Shown: piece by piece, positions 44,992 to 53,969 of the stretch | Position numbering within the stretch: the stretch's first letter is position 1 | Layout of the letters: every line of letters starts with the position of its first letter | Assembly: GCA_905480105.1 (NCBI GenBank) | Contig: CAJQPC010000081.1 | Location: 10,496 to 74,495, forward strand | DNA length: 64,000 bases | Origin: an uncultured bacterium | GTDB taxonomy: Bacteria > Myxococcota_A > UBA796 > CAJQPC01 | Direction of reading: 5' to 3' | Position numbers and translations under genes: made by a program | Notes under the pieces: generated by a model | What the model saw: the letters and a program-made list of their open reading frames with translations, nothing else | Databases searched by the model: none | What the model was told of the DNA's origin: nothing

Positions 44992-47436
44992 ATGACCCTG
45001 CTCCTGTTTCTGGCCTGCTCCAAGACCGAGGGCACTGAGCCGTTGCCGGTCGCCCTTCCGGTGGTTCAAGTTGCCCCAGCGCCACAGATCGAGCCGGAGC
45101 TGCCCCCAGCGCCTACCTTTGAGAAGCAGCTCCTGGAAGTTGGGGGAGAACCAGGGGTGAACGCCCAGGCCGTCTCCCGGGACGTGCAGGACTTGGCCCA
45201 GGGCTGGGAGTACGAGTCCCCCGCTGTGGCGCTGTCTACAAGCGGAGAGCTCTTTACGGTGCATGTGGCGTATGACCGCGGACGAGAGCGCCTGGAGCTT
45301 CGCCGGGGGCCCGGTATGGAGCGCTTGGGAGAGCCCACTACGGTGTCCGAGGGTGCCCGTGCATGGGACCCAGTCATGGCGGCTGGGGCAGATGGTTCTG
45401 TCTGGCTGGCCTGGACCGGTCGCAAGGCTGCTGGGGACCGCAGCGTTCTGTCCCAAGAGGTGTTCCTGCGTCGCGTCGACCGCCTGGGGCCCATCCTTCA
45501 GGTCTCACAGTCTGTACAGGGCGGCTTGAACCCCAGTGGGTTGGAGCGCAGTGGCGGGCCTGACCTGGCAGTGGGCGCGGACGGCATTGTCCGAGTGGTC
45601 TGGGAGCAGGACGCCCAAGACGGTGTCCAGATTGCATTTAGAGAAGTTGCTGACACACCGATTGGGGACGTAGAGCTGCTCTCCGCAGGCTGGCTAAACC
45701 GCCGGCCCAGCGTGGCGCTGCAGGGCGACAAGGTGCATGTGGGCTGGGACGCCTTGGTGACTCAGGCGCCCGTGCGAAACGCCCAGCTCGATGGTCCTCT
45801 GGACCCCGACTACGACCTGCGCCTCAAGACCCGGGAGCGGGGGGAGTGGCAGGGTACCCAAGGCTGGACCCGCAAGGGCATCCAAGCATCGCCTGATCTA
45901 GTAGCCACCCCTGATGCGCTCTACGTGGCCTTTCACGACAGCTACTACACGCCCCTGGTCAAGTGGGTGGGGCTGCTCAAGGTGGACGAGAGCGGGGTCT
46001 CGCACCTGCACGACCCGATGGGGCGCGCGGAGCCCAGTGGAGAACAGCAGGGGGCTGAGCGGCCCTCACTGGCGGTGCTGGACGACGGGACCTTGGCGCT
46101 GGTCTCCCGCTCCAGCCAGGGTGCCTACCTGCATGTGGTCGGAGAAAACGGCTTTGGGCTGCCGCTGGACCTGACCCGCGCCGGATGGGGCGCACGGGGA
46201 CAGCGTGCCCTGGTCGCGAACATGGACAACACCCTGTACTCCGTGCGCAAGGCGCGAAAGGCCAGCATTGTAGAGCGCTTTGATATCCCGTCAATGGGCG
46301 CGCCAACAGACTGGAACCCCATAGCGCTTGGACCAGCACCCGCTATGCAGCCCGTGCCCAGCGGTCACGCGGTGATGGAGCTGAAGCACGGAGACGGGAC
46401 ACAGAAAATCTACTTGGGCGACGTGCACATGCACTCCTCCATGAGCGACGCGACTGGCCCCGCCGACGAGATTATTGCGCGCGCATGGGCCCGCGGCTTG
46501 GATTTCTGCACTCTGACCGACCACGACTATGTGATTGGCAGCCGCATGCTGCCCAGCGAGCACGAAGAGCAGGCTTGGCTCACTGAGATCTTCAACACTC
46601 TGCCGGGGTTCAGCACCATCCAGGCCTACGAGTGGACGACACCCCTGTTGCCCACAGGAAGCGGCCACCGCGTGCTCTACTTCCGGGACATGGCTCCCAA
46701 CCCCATCTTAGGCTTTAAGGATGGCGCACCCGATACAGTCTCGCTGAATCGCGGGTTGGCATCAGAGAAGGCCTTCAGCGTGCCTCACCACACCAGCTGG
46801 ACTGGCACAGACTGGGAGAACTTCGACCCGGACATCCAGCGCAACTTTGAGCTTGTCAGCGTGCACGGACTCTCCGAGATGTCCGGTGACCAGGTCCTAC
46901 AGTCGCGCGGCGACATGGCCGGCATGTTTGCAGTCGACGGATTGAACCAAGGCTTGAAGTACGGGTTTGTAGCAGGTAGCGATGGCCACGGTTTGGTCTG
47001 GCACCACGGGATTGCGCGCCGTCCAGATCCTTGGACCCAGGGACTAACCGGTGTGTTGGCTGACTCTGGGGCGCGCGAGGCGCTCTGGGACGCGCTCTAC
47101 GCACGCCACACAGTAGCCACCTCCGGCGCACCGATGGGGGCCATTCTCTCAGTCAAGGGGGCATCCAATGGGGACGTACTCGTGCAACAGGGCTCCGTGG
47201 AGCTGAGCTGGAGCGCTGTGGGGTCTCGCCCCCTGACTGAGATCCACATCCTACGAAACGGCCAGGTCATTCACCGCGTCGCGGGAGAGGGGTTGGAGAG
47301 CGCCGGCAGCTACGTGGACGCCCCAGCACAGGGGACCTACAGCTACTACCTTCGTGTCGTACAGACCCAAGACGAGTGGACCCCCGATGCGGCGTGGTCC
47401 AGTCCCGTCTTTGTTGACGTTCAGGCGGAACGATGA
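44992..47436 (+). CDS. Lipoprotein with an N-terminal beta-propeller-like region and a C-terminal PHP/DUF3604-like metal-dependent hydrolase
   Basis: MTLLLFLAC|S lipobox. Blades of the type VMAAGADGSVWLAWTG, LAVGADGIVRVVWEQ and LAVLDDGTLALVSR. These are followed by YLGDVHMHSSMSDATGP..LDFCTLTDHDY, PHHTSW and GSDGHG. Confidence 0.65.
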   Translation: MTLLLFLACSKTEGTEPLPVALPVVQVAPAPQIEPELPPAPTFEKQLLEVGGEPGVNAQAVSRDVQDLAQGWEYESPAVALSTSGELFTVHVAYDRGRERLELRRGPGMERLGEPTTVSEGARAWDPVMAAGADGSVWLAWTGRKAAGDRSVLSQEVFLRRVDRLGPILQVSQSVQGGLNPSGLERSGGPDLAVGADGIVRVVWEQDAQDGVQIAFREVADTPIGDVELLSAGWLNRRPSVALQGDKVHVGWDALVTQAPVRNAQLDGPLDPDYDLRLKTRERGEWQGTQGWTRKGIQASPDLVATPDALYVAFHDSYYTPLVKWVGLLKVDESGVSHLHDPMGRAEPSGEQQGAERPSLAVLDDGTLALVSRSSQGAYLHVVGENGFGLPLDLTRAGWGARGQRALVANMDNTLYSVRKARKASIVERFDIPSMGAPTDWNPIALGPAPAMQPVPSGHAVMELKHGDGTQKIYLGDVHMHSSMSDATGPADEIIARAWARGLDFCTLTDHDYVIGSRMLPSEHEEQAWLTEIFNTLPGFSTIQAYEWTTPLLPTGSGHRVLYFRDMAPNPILGFKDGAPDTVSLNRGLASEKAFSVPHHTSWTGTDWENFDPDIQRNFELVSVHGLSEMSGDQVLQSRGDMAGMFAVDGLNQGLKYGFVAGSDGHGLVWHHGIARRPDPWTQGLTGVLADSGAREALWDALYARHTVATSGAPMGAILSVKGASNGDVLVQQGSVELSWSAVGSRPLTEIHILRNGQVIHRVAGEGLESAGSYVDAPAQGTYSYYLRVVQTQDEWTPDAAWSSPVFVDVQAER

Positions 47437-48869
47437 TGTTTGTCCTCTTTATGGCTTGCGGCACCGAGTTCGTCGCGCCCCCTGCACCGCCCCCAGACCT
47501 GGTTGTGGAAGCCCCCGTTGCGCCCCTGCTCCCGCCCCCTCCGCCTCCAAAAAACTGGCCAGACCCTCCCTACAACATCGTGATCATCACGGCGGACACC
47601 CTGCGCGGGGACGTGCTGCCCATGAATGGAAATGATGAGTTGTATACACCACACCTTCAGCGTCTCGCGGACCAAGGGGTGAACTTTACTCGGGCCTATA
47701 CGCCCATCACCACCACTTTGCCGGCTCATGCCAGCTTGCTCAGCTCGCTCTACCCCAGCGACCACCGGGCCTACTCCAACGTCTCGGCCATCTCCTCGCG
47801 CATCCAGACCCTGCCCGAAGAGCTCAGGCTGCACGGATACCGCACCGCTGCCCACATCAACATGCCCTGGCTCAATCCAGAAGTGTCCAACGTGCCCCAG
47901 GGCATCCAAGACATCCGACGCGGGGACCGTGTTCGCAAAGCGGATAAGACACTACCATGGGTTTTGGACTACGTAGAGGGTCGAAAGGACAAGGAAGATC
48001 CATTCTTTTTGTGGATCCACTTCGTAGACAATCACACGCCCTACCATGCGCCTGCGGCCTATGACAGTCTGTACTTTGAAGGGGAGAAGGGCAGTCCAGG
48101 GCAGACCTCGATGGAGGAGATTTGGGACCTCTTTCCCGGAGACCATCGGCGCAGCGAGTACTTCCTGAGTTGGGTGGATGGCGTGGAGTCGGCCGACTAC
48201 ATCACCGGAACCTACAAGGGCTCCCTGACGTGGCTGGACCAGCACATTGGTCTGCTGATGAACGCCTTGGAGGAGAGCGACCAGTGGGACAACACCCTCT
48301 TTGTGTTCACCGCGGACCATGGGGAGTCACTGGGTGAGCACGATCTGTGGTTCGTGCATGGCGGGCTCTACGAGACCACCACCCACATCCCGCTGATCCT
48401 TCGCGTACCGGGTGGTCCAGAGGGCGTGAGCATTGACCGGCTCGTGTCCCTGGTGGACGTGGCCCCGACGGTGTTGGCGCAGAACGGCTTTGACATTCCC
48501 CAGGCCATGCGAGGACAGGATCTGCTGGATCCGGAGCTGCCTACCAGCGGAGGCGCTGCACTCTTGGAGCACACGGGTCGGCAGCTGGAAGGCGTGGTGA
48601 CCGAGCGCTATAAGTTGATTGTACATCTAAAGGATACCCGGATATATGCTGGCTACCCGATGAACAAGGGCGCGGTGGAACTCTACGATCTGCAGGAGGA
48701 TCCCGGAGAGCTAAGGAACATCGCCGAGCAAAACCCGGAGAGGGTGGCCCAGCTCCAGGGCATGATCCCGGCGCTTAAACAGGGCAACCTGGAGGAGTAC
48801 GAGGCGCTGTCCGGCGAGATCAACGAGGAGATCAGCGAGCAGCTCCAGGCTCTGGGGTACTTTGAGTGA
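47433..48869 (+). CDS. Alkaline-phosphatase-superfamily (sulfatase-fold) lipoprotein with a Thr nucleophile motif
   Basis: MMFVLFMAC|G lipobox. IVIITADTLRGD, TTTLPAHASLLSSLYPSDH (no C/SxPxR), FTADHGESLGEH and a C-terminal LQALGYFE. ATGA-type overlap with the upstream gene. Confidence 0.8.
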   Translation: MMFVLFMACGTEFVAPPAPPPDLVVEAPVAPLLPPPPPPKNWPDPPYNIVIITADTLRGDVLPMNGNDELYTPHLQRLADQGVNFTRAYTPITTTLPAHASLLSSLYPSDHRAYSNVSAISSRIQTLPEELRLHGYRTAAHINMPWLNPEVSNVPQGIQDIRRGDRVRKADKTLPWVLDYVEGRKDKEDPFFLWIHFVDNHTPYHAPAAYDSLYFEGEKGSPGQTSMEEIWDLFPGDHRRSEYFLSWVDGVESADYITGTYKGSLTWLDQHIGLLMNALEESDQWDNTLFVFTADHGESLGEHDLWFVHGGLYETTTHIPLILRVPGGPEGVSIDRLVSLVDVAPTVLAQNGFDIPQAMRGQDLLDPELPTSGGAALLEHTGRQLEGVVTERYKLIVHLKDTRIYAGYPMNKGAVELYDLQEDPGELRNIAEQNPERVAQLQGMIPALKQGNLEEYEALSGEINEEISEQLQALGYFE

Positions 48870-49068
48870 GGATGCGCCTGTACCGTGCGCAGTTGTAGCG
48901 GGACATCCCAGCCCGCCATTCTCCGGTGAAACCCGCCACATCGCAGTGACCGTGACACGACATCAGCAGGCGGTCAAAGTGAACAGGACCAAAAACAGGC
49001 CAGTCCCTTTCATGGCTTCTCCAGCGCCGCAGCAGGCTGGAGGGTAGCCGCTGGGATAGGGTTCTGTC

Positions 49069-49830
49069 ATGAATCCCTATGAAGTCCTGGGTTTGGACCC
49101 GGATGCGTCAATCGATAGTGCCAAGCGGGCTTTTCGGAAGTTGGCTCGCAAGCACCATCCGGACTTGCATCCGGACGACCCCCAGGCGGGGGAGCGTTTC
49201 AAGAAGATCAACGCTGCCTATGAGTCCATTCGAACAGGCAAGGCTGGAGGGTTAGGCCAGGCACGGGGAGGTTTTGGGGGCGGACCGGACGCCGACTATG
49301 TCGATGGGGTCTGGCTCATGGCCGAGCACCAACTTCAGCAGCTGCTGAAAGACACCCTGCCAACGCTCGTCCAGAGTCACGGCCTTGGGCACCGCTTTTC
49401 TCTGGCCTTGGGGCAGGCCGCTCGGGCGGGGGAGCTCCCCTCGGGGGGAGGCACCCTGCTCGGCCGACTGCGGGTGCGCCGCAGTTTTAAGCAGCTGCAT
49501 CTGCGCCTGGTAGACGACCGCTTTGGCGGGCGCATCATTCGCTTGCACAAGAACGGTCAAGACATGGTGCTCATCCTGTCGCCCAGCGCCCTGTGGGCCA
49601 GCGGGGCGCGGGACGATGAGATCACCCGAGAGCTGGTAAAGCTGGCCTTGGCGATGGGCTTGGCCGCCGCCGCCCCCCTGCGCCTGGGACTGCTGGCCAT
49701 GGCGCAGAGTCCCGAGCAGGCCGCTCAGCTGGACAAAAGCCGAGACCTGCGGCGTAGGCTGCAGGCTGGCTTGTGGATCGCTGTCGTGCTTTTTGCAGTG
49801 GGGCTGATCGGTAGCTCGATACTGGGCTAA
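49069..49830 (+). CDS. J-domain protein with a C-terminal membrane anchor
   Basis: MNPYEVLGLDPDAS...KLARKHHPDLHPDD (HPD motif) and FKKINAAYESI. There is a C-terminal hydrophobic helix (LWIAVVLFAVGLIGSSILG). No DnaJ Zn-finger or C-terminal domains. Confidence 0.85.
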   Translation: MNPYEVLGLDPDASIDSAKRAFRKLARKHHPDLHPDDPQAGERFKKINAAYESIRTGKAGGLGQARGGFGGGPDADYVDGVWLMAEHQLQQLLKDTLPTLVQSHGLGHRFSLALGQAARAGELPSGGGTLLGRLRVRRSFKQLHLRLVDDRFGGRIIRLHKNGQDMVLILSPSALWASGARDDEITRELVKLALAMGLAAAAPLRLGLLAMAQSPEQAAQLDKSRDLRRRLQAGLWIAVVLFAVGLIGSSILG

Positions 49831-49852
49831 TGCCGAAAAGTGAAACGGCCGC

Positions 49853-50119
49853 TCAGCTCATCAGTGCGCCAGCCACACCGTTGAGCACGATGCCGCCAAA
49901 GACGCATGCCAGCCATACCTTCATCACGGTCTGGCGCTCTAAACGCTCACGGTTTTGCCAGCCCCAGACCAGGGCGTACAAGCCGCAGAAGAAACCGCCG
50001 ATGGCGTGTCCCACTCCGCCTTTTTCACTGTCCTTGACCATGGCAACCAGGGTCATGACCCAGCAGACAATGGATACAAGACTGGTCATACCTGAAATAA
50101 TGGGAACGATAATCATCAT
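49853..50119 (-). CDS. Small hypothetical membrane protein (88 aa)
   Basis: Three hydrophobic segments. It is followed 33 nt downstream by the DUF2752-like gene. No family recognised. Confidence 0.5.
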   Translation of the reverse strand: MMIIVPIISGMTSLVSIVCWVMTLVAMVKDSEKGGVGHAIGGFFCGLYALVWGWQNRERLERQTVMKVWLACVFGGIVLNGVAGALMS

Positions 50120-50152
50120 GATGAAGAAACTCCTGCTGAGATCAGATGTTGT

Positions 50153-50593
50153 CTACGACGCGAGCAAGGCTTGAAGGCCAAGGGGATCTGAGATGAGCCG
50201 GACGAGGTAGTACAGGAGCATAGCGCTGCCGATCAACGTGGTTAGGCCGCTGGTTTCTTCAATTCTGGCAATCTGAGTGCTGAAGCGGCTTCGCAGTTCT
50301 TTCGGCAGGACAGCTGCGACGAGAAATAGGGTCAAACACAGGAGCAGAATCGGGGCGCAGGCGTGTATGTGCAAGGCATGCTCCCAGTCTCCGTGCAGGA
50401 ACGCTAGGCTTGCGCGGGTGAGTCCGCAGCCAGGGCAAGGAAATGCGAAGGCGGCCCGAGAAGGACACTCCCAGAATGAGAAACCCCAGGCTTGGGCCAG
50501 GAGCTGCAGACCCGCCACGACCGTGATGCTCCGGGTAGCCGTAGGCGAAGCCAGGATGGAGGAGAACCAGGGTTTGTTGAGCCAAGGGGGCAT
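50153..50593 (-). CDS. DUF2752-family membrane protein
   Basis: CPSRAAFAFPCPGCGLTRASLAFLHGDW matches the CP..(x)..CPGCG(L/M)TR signature of DUF2752 as I recall it. It also has 3-4 TM segments. Confidence 0.7.
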   Translation of the reverse strand: MPPWLNKPWFSSILASPTATRSITVVAGLQLLAQAWGFSFWECPSRAAFAFPCPGCGLTRASLAFLHGDWEHALHIHACAPILLLCLTLFLVAAVLPKELRSRFSTQIARIEETSGLTTLIGSAMLLYYLVRLISDPLGLQALLAS

Positions 50594-50663
50594 GTCGACT
50601 GTCTAACTCAGGGTCTGTCGTAGGCGGCTAGGGATGGGCCAAGCTTGGGACCCGTGTTGAAGC

Positions 50664-51332
50664 TCAGCTGCGGGTAAGTAGGCAGGTGCGTACAATGAAG
50701 TGGTCCAGCCCACGTTCCCTGAACTTGGGGGAGTCGTCTATCTGGTCCTGTTCCTTGAGCAGCTCCAGCTTGAAATGGGCCCGGTAGGCCATGCCCAAGT
50801 CATCGAAGGAGATGGCGTGTGGGGGGCCAGGCATCTGCTCTTGTGGGTAGTCCATGATGTTGACCAGCATGGTCCCGCCGGGTCGGACGAGCTGGATCAA
50901 GTGCTTGACGTAGCGGGCACGGCGATCGGGATCCAAGGCCACCATGGCGGCGCGGTCCCATACGGCGTCGAAGCTGGGCACTGCGGAGAGCTCAAAAAAG
51001 TTCCCGACGCGTACCTCTAAGTCCAAGTCCTGAGCCCGAAAGACTTGGAAGGGGCCCTGCTTGCTTTGGGTGAACGGCAGCTTGGCTCGGCCAAAGACCG
51101 CAGCGGCCGCCTTGTCCGAGAGCTCCACCCCGACCACCCGGTGGCCGAGCTTGGCCAAGTAGACCAAGTCCATGGTCTTTCCGCACAATGGAACCAGGAT
51201 GTCCTTTTTGGAGCCGCCGGAGGCAGAGGATAGCCATTGTTTGCCGAACTCCAGCAGATCTGAGTGCACCTGCTCCGCGTGAAAGCCGGTTTTGTCTTGT
51301 GCCCATCGAGACAGCCAGAAGTTTGCGTCCAT
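50664..51332 (-). CDS. tpm: Thiopurine S-methyltransferase-family SAM methyltransferase
   Basis: FWLSRWAQDKTGFH, ILVPLCGKTMDLVYLAKLGHRVVGVELSDKA and FDAVWDRAAMVAL match the bacterial Tpm/TPMT pattern. Confidence 0.85.
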   Translation of the reverse strand: MDANFWLSRWAQDKTGFHAEQVHSDLLEFGKQWLSSASGGSKKDILVPLCGKTMDLVYLAKLGHRVVGVELSDKAAAAVFGRAKLPFTQSKQGPFQVFRAQDLDLEVRVGNFFELSAVPSFDAVWDRAAMVALDPDRRARYVKHLIQLVRPGGTMLVNIMDYPQEQMPGPPHAISFDDLGMAYRAHFKLELLKEQDQIDDSPKFRERGLDHFIVRTCLLTRS

Positions 51333-51431
51333 TTGTCTATTCCTAAGGGAGCATGGCAGCTCTGCGTGTTGTGACGCGTTGGTGCCGGTATGAATGGGAG
51401 CTTCCGGAGCTTTGAGGTAGTTCTAAATCGG

Positions 51432-52319
51432 ATGGGGTGCGAGAAAAGGACTGATCTCGTGCATGATGGGCGGGTGCTTTTTCTGCTTCCAATGTGGGTC
51501 GCTTGTGGGCCCGAGCCAAGGCCCCCGGGCTTGGATTCTCCTCCGGAGTCAGAGTTGCTGCTCTTCCATGGGATGGACGGGGAGCACTTTGAGCTGCAGC
51601 AGGTGATCGCTAAAAATTTCGATTCTCTGGGGCTGATCGAGGAGCCTGGCCGGGTGGTGCTGACCGGGATTGACCACAGCCGGAATATTCCCTGGTACGA
51701 GCGCTATCAGCAGCCTTCGGTGCACCAGTGGGTGTGGGATGGCCAGAGCTGGGAGCGAGAGCGGACCCGGGTGGCGGTGGATGCGCCCGCACTGCTCGAC
51801 CCCCAATGGCAAGGGGAATCGCTCTGGTACATGGCCCGCATCGGCTTGGGCGACCCTGCCCTGGGTGGGGTGAACCAGGTGATGAAGGGTACGGAGCTGC
51901 AGCTGGAGGGGATTGGGCTGGCTGATCCGAGCCCCGTGAGCTTTGGTGGTAGGGAGCTGCTGTTTGTGACGCGTTGGGGGGACGGCGTGGTGCTCTGGGG
52001 GGGCTCTCCGTGGACCGAACAGTCCAGATGGCGTCAGCTCACGGTGCCTTTTGCCCGTGTAGAGGCCCGTGTTGGCGCTGATGCAGGAGCCGGTCCACAG
52101 GACAGTGTGCTCGCGGTCTACTCGGTGGGAGTGGTCGACGGGAGGCGCTTGCCAGTGCGCATGGAGAGCGACGATGGGGTGCAGTTTACCGAGCCGAAGC
52201 CGCTTAGGCTGAGCCCCACGCCCGGTTCGTGTACCAGCCCGGTCCGATGGAGTGATGCGGCGGGTCAGTGGTTGGCTTGCGTGGACGAGGCGAGGTTCTT
52301 CGGACCCGCACAGAAGTAG
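51432..52319 (+). CDS. Hypothetical lipoprotein, beta-rich
   Basis: The start at ATG 51432 gives a charged n-region plus VLFLLPMWVAC|G. The start is uncertain (track start 51390). No domain recognised. Confidence 0.45.
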   Translation: MGCEKRTDLVHDGRVLFLLPMWVACGPEPRPPGLDSPPESELLLFHGMDGEHFELQQVIAKNFDSLGLIEEPGRVVLTGIDHSRNIPWYERYQQPSVHQWVWDGQSWERERTRVAVDAPALLDPQWQGESLWYMARIGLGDPALGGVNQVMKGTELQLEGIGLADPSPVSFGGRELLFVTRWGDGVVLWGGSPWTEQSRWRQLTVPFARVEARVGADAGAGPQDSVLAVYSVGVVDGRRLPVRMESDDGVQFTEPKPLRLSPTPGSCTSPVRWSDAAGQWLACVDEARFFGPAQK

Positions 52320-52339
52320 CGGTGCTGTAGACTCAATCC

Positions 52340-53944
52340 GTGCCGCAGCTTCGCCGAATTTGGAGACTGGAGGGCCGCTTGGGTGCGGTCCTGGCGTTGC
52401 TCTTGGGCGGGGTCATGCTGGCGCTCTGGGCGTGGTCCGTGGTGGCCTCGGGCCGTTGGCCTGCAGGGGATGGGCCCCATTTTCTTGGGACAGCCCAGAG
52501 GCTTGCCATGATGCTGCGGGATGGGGAACTGCTTCTCTTCCTGCGCTGCCTGGGCATGCTCATTGGGCCACACCCTCCAGGGGCCTATCTTCCGGCTACA
52601 CTTGCGGCGGTCGTACTGGGTCCGGGACGGTGGGTGCATCTGGCCGCTGGAGCCCTGTCGGTGGGCCTGTGTCTGGACGGCATTCGCCGCTTGGGTGGTG
52701 GGCTGTCCGGGTGGATCTGGCTGTGGGCCAGCCCGCTGATTTGGCTACAAGCCGAAGGCTACGGGGTGGACCTTGTGGCCGCGGCATGCGTGGTCCAGGC
52801 CCTCTCGCACCTGCACGCCAGCGAGGGGCTGAGTCGGCGACGGCATGTGGTGTTTTGGGGGCTCTGGATGGGGGCCTGTTTCATCTCCAAGTACACCGCG
52901 CCGATGTTTCTGTGGGCGCCATGCTTGGCTGCCGGGCTGGGGGTGCTCCGTAGCGGTCGCTGGAAGGCTCTGGGGACGGGGGTGCTGGCTTTTGGGTTGG
53001 TGGCGCTGCCCGTGTGGGGCTTGAATGGCCCGGAGATCCTGGGGTACCTGACAGCCAGTCAGAGCAGCAGCGATGTCCTGATTTCCAACAGCTCAATGCT
53101 CAGTGGTCCTTGGGCCACGCCCGAGCGCTTGAGCTGGTATCCGCGGGCTCTGGTAGATCACTGGGGCTGGCTTGGGGCCAGCTTGGCAGGGCTTGCGTTG
53201 ATCCTTCCCTTTAGGGAGAAGGGATTGCGGCAATCTGCCTGGTTGTTACCGGCCTTGGGCGTGCTGGGCGGGGTGCTCATTCTGGCGACCCAGTCTCAGC
53301 GTCAGGACCGCTACCTGCTACCCGCGGTGGTATTGCTCTGCTCTCTGCTGGGCTCTCTTCGCTGGTCGGCCTTTCTGGCTCCGATTGGGGCGGTGGGCTT
53401 GTACGGGGTGGCTATGAGCTACATGCGCTGGACCGATGTGCCGGCCACCCGTAGCTATACCCACAGTGTCCAGCTCTCCGAGCTTGGAAAGACTTGGCCC
53501 TGGGTGCAATCTGCCTATGCACCTACGTCGCTGGACCCCACTGTTTGGGAGCTCGACGCGCGCATCGCCCAGCTCGCAGAGGTGCATGGTTCCCCTGATG
53601 GAAGTGTTGGGTTTTTGCTCGACCAGACTGATGGGGCCCCTGGTTTCGGGTTGGTGCTCTCGCGCGTGGTGGCGGCCGATCTGCGCTGGCACGTGGCGAC
53701 GGTGATGGTGCTACCGAGTCAGGAGGCTGCGGTCTTTATAGGACCCTTTGCCCGTGATGGCTGGCCCTCCCGGGACTTTAGCAGTCTGCTGGTCATCCTC
53801 CGCACGGGCGATCACGCCCGCGAGGGCTGGCTGAGCCAGTCCGGACTGGAGTTGGTCGACTCTTGGCCCTTGCCCGAGGGGCGAGAGGGCAGGATCTACC
53901 AAACGCCAGACGGAGCGCCCAAGAGCTTCTTGAACAAGAAATGA
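52340..53944 (+). CDS. Polytopic membrane protein, GT-C-fold glycosyltransferase-like (ArnT/PMT_2-like)
   Basis: About 10-12 TM segments in the first approx 400 aa, followed by a soluble C-terminal domain. This is the overall architecture of family-39/83 GT-C enzymes. No diagnostic motif was confirmed by eye. Confidence 0.45.
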   Translation: MPQLRRIWRLEGRLGAVLALLLGGVMLALWAWSVVASGRWPAGDGPHFLGTAQRLAMMLRDGELLLFLRCLGMLIGPHPPGAYLPATLAAVVLGPGRWVHLAAGALSVGLCLDGIRRLGGGLSGWIWLWASPLIWLQAEGYGVDLVAAACVVQALSHLHASEGLSRRRHVVFWGLWMGACFISKYTAPMFLWAPCLAAGLGVLRSGRWKALGTGVLAFGLVALPVWGLNGPEILGYLTASQSSSDVLISNSSMLSGPWATPERLSWYPRALVDHWGWLGASLAGLALILPFREKGLRQSAWLLPALGVLGGVLILATQSQRQDRYLLPAVVLLCSLLGSLRWSAFLAPIGAVGLYGVAMSYMRWTDVPATRSYTHSVQLSELGKTWPWVQSAYAPTSLDPTVWELDARIAQLAEVHGSPDGSVGFLLDQTDGAPGFGLVLSRVVAADLRWHVATVMVLPSQEAAVFIGPFARDGWPSRDFSSLLVILRTGDHAREGWLSQSGLELVDSWPLPEGREGRIYQTPDGAPKSFLNKK

Positions 53945-53969
53945 GCCGAGCGCCTGACCGACGGGGCTG

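Noticed and set aside
44842-45456. 205-codon N-terminal extension of the slt ORF, with similar extensions at 28559-28831, 34402-34779, 35232-35615, 59383-59691, 13272-13373 and 41219-41311
   Set aside because: Each extension overlaps a neighbouring supported gene or divergent promoter region. Each is followed by an internal start that yields a proper signal peptide or a conserved N-terminus, often with an RBS.
47433-48869. Naming the two AlkP-fold proteins arylsulfatase
   Set aside because: There is no C/SxPxR formylglycine motif. Thr occupies the nucleophile position.
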